Assembly (NCBI GenBank): GCA_965248445.1
Contig: CBDFJG010000004.1
Location: forward strand, 1,248,001 to 1,312,000
DNA: 64,000 nt
Direction: 5' to 3'
Source: Planctomycetota bacterium
GTDB lineage: Bacteria > Planctomycetota > JAJSAM01 > JAJVHW01
Below are positions 62,496 to 64,000 of the stretch, in pieces. The translations under genes and the position numbers were made by a program. The notes beneath the pieces were generated by a model. It was not told the DNA's origin, ran no database searches, and saw only the letters and a program-made list of their open reading frames with translations. Each line of letters starts with the position of its first letter. Positions within the stretch are counted from its first letter, which is position 1.

Positions 62496-63121
62496 CCGTC
62501 CCTCTTCTCCGACCACAGCTCGACACGCGGCGCGATCGCGTCGTCACCGAGCCGCAGACCGAAGTGATCCGCGCGGTGCTTGCCGAACTCGAACTCGCCG
62601 AACCCGTTGGTGCGCGTCGAGTCCGACGGCAGGTGGTTGACGAGCAAGGTGATCGGGAGGCCCTCGGCGGGCTCACCGTCCGAACGCAGGATCTGCCCGG
62701 AGACGGCGAACTCGTTGCTGAGCTGCCCGGGGTGCAACAGCACATCCAGATGGCTGTCGCCGATCGTGCAGTTCAGGTGGTACTCGTCGGTGCGCGCCAC
62801 GCGGTACCCGGCCATGGCCCGAACCGGCTCGGCGACGAACCACTCACCGTCGTCCGCGGGACTGTAGCCGGCGTCCCCTCCAGCGAGGAGGCGCGCCGTG
62901 ATCGAGCGGACCGACGACACGACGCCGGCAGGCACCGGCGGATACGCGGTCAGGCTGCGATGCGCGAACTGGATCGAGTGGACGTCCTCGCGGCACGGCT
63001 CGCAGTCGATCAGGTGGACGGCGACCTCGCGGGTCAGGTCGTCCACCGGTCCTTCGAGCGCGTAGCGGTACTGCGCGGCGTCATCTGGATGGGTGTTGTG
63101 AGGAAGAGACGGATCAGACAT
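62492..63121 (-). CDS. Soluble zinc anti-sigma factor with C-terminal beta-sandwich (carboxypeptidase-regulatory-like) domain
   Basis: H-x24-HLIDCEPC ZAS motif; no TM helix; VSGQIL...TNGFGEFEF; GGAGGTG RBS. Confidence 0.78.
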   Translation of the reverse strand: MSDPSLPHNTHPDDAAQYRYALEGPVDDLTREVAVHLIDCEPCREDVHSIQFAHRSLTAYPPVPAGVVSSVRSITARLLAGGDAGYSPADDGEWFVAEPVRAMAGYRVARTDEYHLNCTIGDSHLDVLLHPGQLSNEFAVSGQILRSDGEPAEGLPITLLVNHLPSDSTRTNGFGEFEFGKHRADHFGLRLGDDAIAPRVELWSEKRDG

Positions 63122-63250
63122 GCAGGCACCTCCCGGTCAGGGGTCGTGCCCGGGTAGTGCGGCGCGGGCGGCGATCCGTACACCCGATCTTCGGATTTCT
63201 CCGAATCCGGGGCCTCGCGAGCCCACGGGGCGTCGCAGCGAGGCTGCGTC

Positions 63251-63811
63251 TCAGGCGGCCTGAGGTGGCTCGAGCCCGCGGTCAGAGAGTGCCTTGCGAA
63301 GGCGTTTGAGTGCGCGGCCGAGGAGCGAACCGATGCTGTTCTCGCTGACGCCGATCTTCGCGGCGAGCGCGGCGTGGGAAAGCGGCGGGTATGTGAAGTG
63401 CTTGCCCTCGATCAGCGTGCGATCCCGATCGGAGAGCCCCTGCACCGCCTCGCGAACGAGCCGGCCGGTCTCCATCGTCTCGACGATCTCGTCAGGAGCG
63501 TTCTCGCCTGGCTGCGGGAGCTGTTCCAGGAGCTCCGTGCTCGAAGCCACATCCCGACGGCGGCGGATCACGCCTCGAGCCGTCCAGCAGACGATGGACG
63601 CGAGCCAGGCGACCCGGCGCTCGCGGCCGGGCATCGCAGCCACGCGGCGGATGACGACGGTCCAGGCGTCGGAGATCGTCTCCTCCGCCTCTTCGTGCGA
63701 GAGCGAGTACCGCCGGCGCAGGATCGACCACATGAGCGGCAGGTAGGCGTTCATGAACACCTCCCAGTCCGCTTCCGCGCGGGGAGGATCGTCGGAGTCT
63801 GCCGTCCACAT
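63251..63811 (-). CDS. ECF sigma factor (start uncertain; frame open to the window end)
   Basis: WEVFMNAYLPLMWSI, EAEETISDAW, AWL, LSDRDRTLI, SHAALAAKIGVSENSIGSLLGRALKRLR. Confidence 0.9.
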   Translation of the reverse strand: MWTADSDDPPRAEADWEVFMNAYLPLMWSILRRRYSLSHEEAEETISDAWTVVIRRVAAMPGRERRVAWLASIVCWTARGVIRRRRDVASSTELLEQLPQPGENAPDEIVETMETGRLVREAVQGLSDRDRTLIEGKHFTYPPLSHAALAAKIGVSENSIGSLLGRALKRLRKALSDRGLEPPQAA

Positions 63812-64000
63812 CGAATCAGACCCGGACCCGCGGAGCGCGAGGCTGGAGGGTCCGGGCGGACCGGGGTCCGCATGCGTGGGTTTTGTCGGTCGGCGGTGCA
63901 TCCGTACTAAGCGCGAGCCGGGCAGCGCGCCTCGCGACGCGGCGCCCGACTGTGTACTCATCTGCAACGGCAGCGTCCACGATCGGCTTAACTCGGAAGC

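Overview
A GC-rich (roughly 70%) bacterial chromosomal segment. The gene content (DUF4388/TPR, HEAT, PQQ-propeller and FHA-GAF proteins, an AroD-AroE fusion, two ECF/anti-sigma pairs) is suggestive of a Planctomycetota-like lineage, but taxonomy cannot be fixed from this window. The backbone is housekeeping: orn (5' end only), ahcY with an ArsR-methyltransferase regulator, lysS, pyk, tRNA-Met, an aroD-aroE-aroK triple fusion, ispE, panC, folK, pssA, psd, eno, an ftsB-like gene, ribBA and carB. Three IS elements are present: IS3 at 36598-37854, IS1380 at 41873-43541, and IS1595 at 51304-52348, which splits a TIGR01777-type gene and has a frameshifted transposase. Between IS3 and IS1380 lies a ~4 kb phage-satellite-like remnant with a tyrosine integrase, an excisionase and an apparently unused attP built on the 3' half of tRNA-Pro(CGG). 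The best candidate for an undescribed system is the minus-strand cluster at 57938-63967: ECF sigma, soluble zinc anti-sigma, TPR-CHAT caspase-like protease, exported subtilase and a degenerate HATPase. Other notable items are a CX5R/DUF442-like domain fused to a C-terminal c-type heme motif, a tRNA-Met 3'-end duplication, a probable CTG start for aroDEK, and an unannotated 48-aa prepilin-like ORF. All functional calls come from motif recognition by eye; no searches were run.
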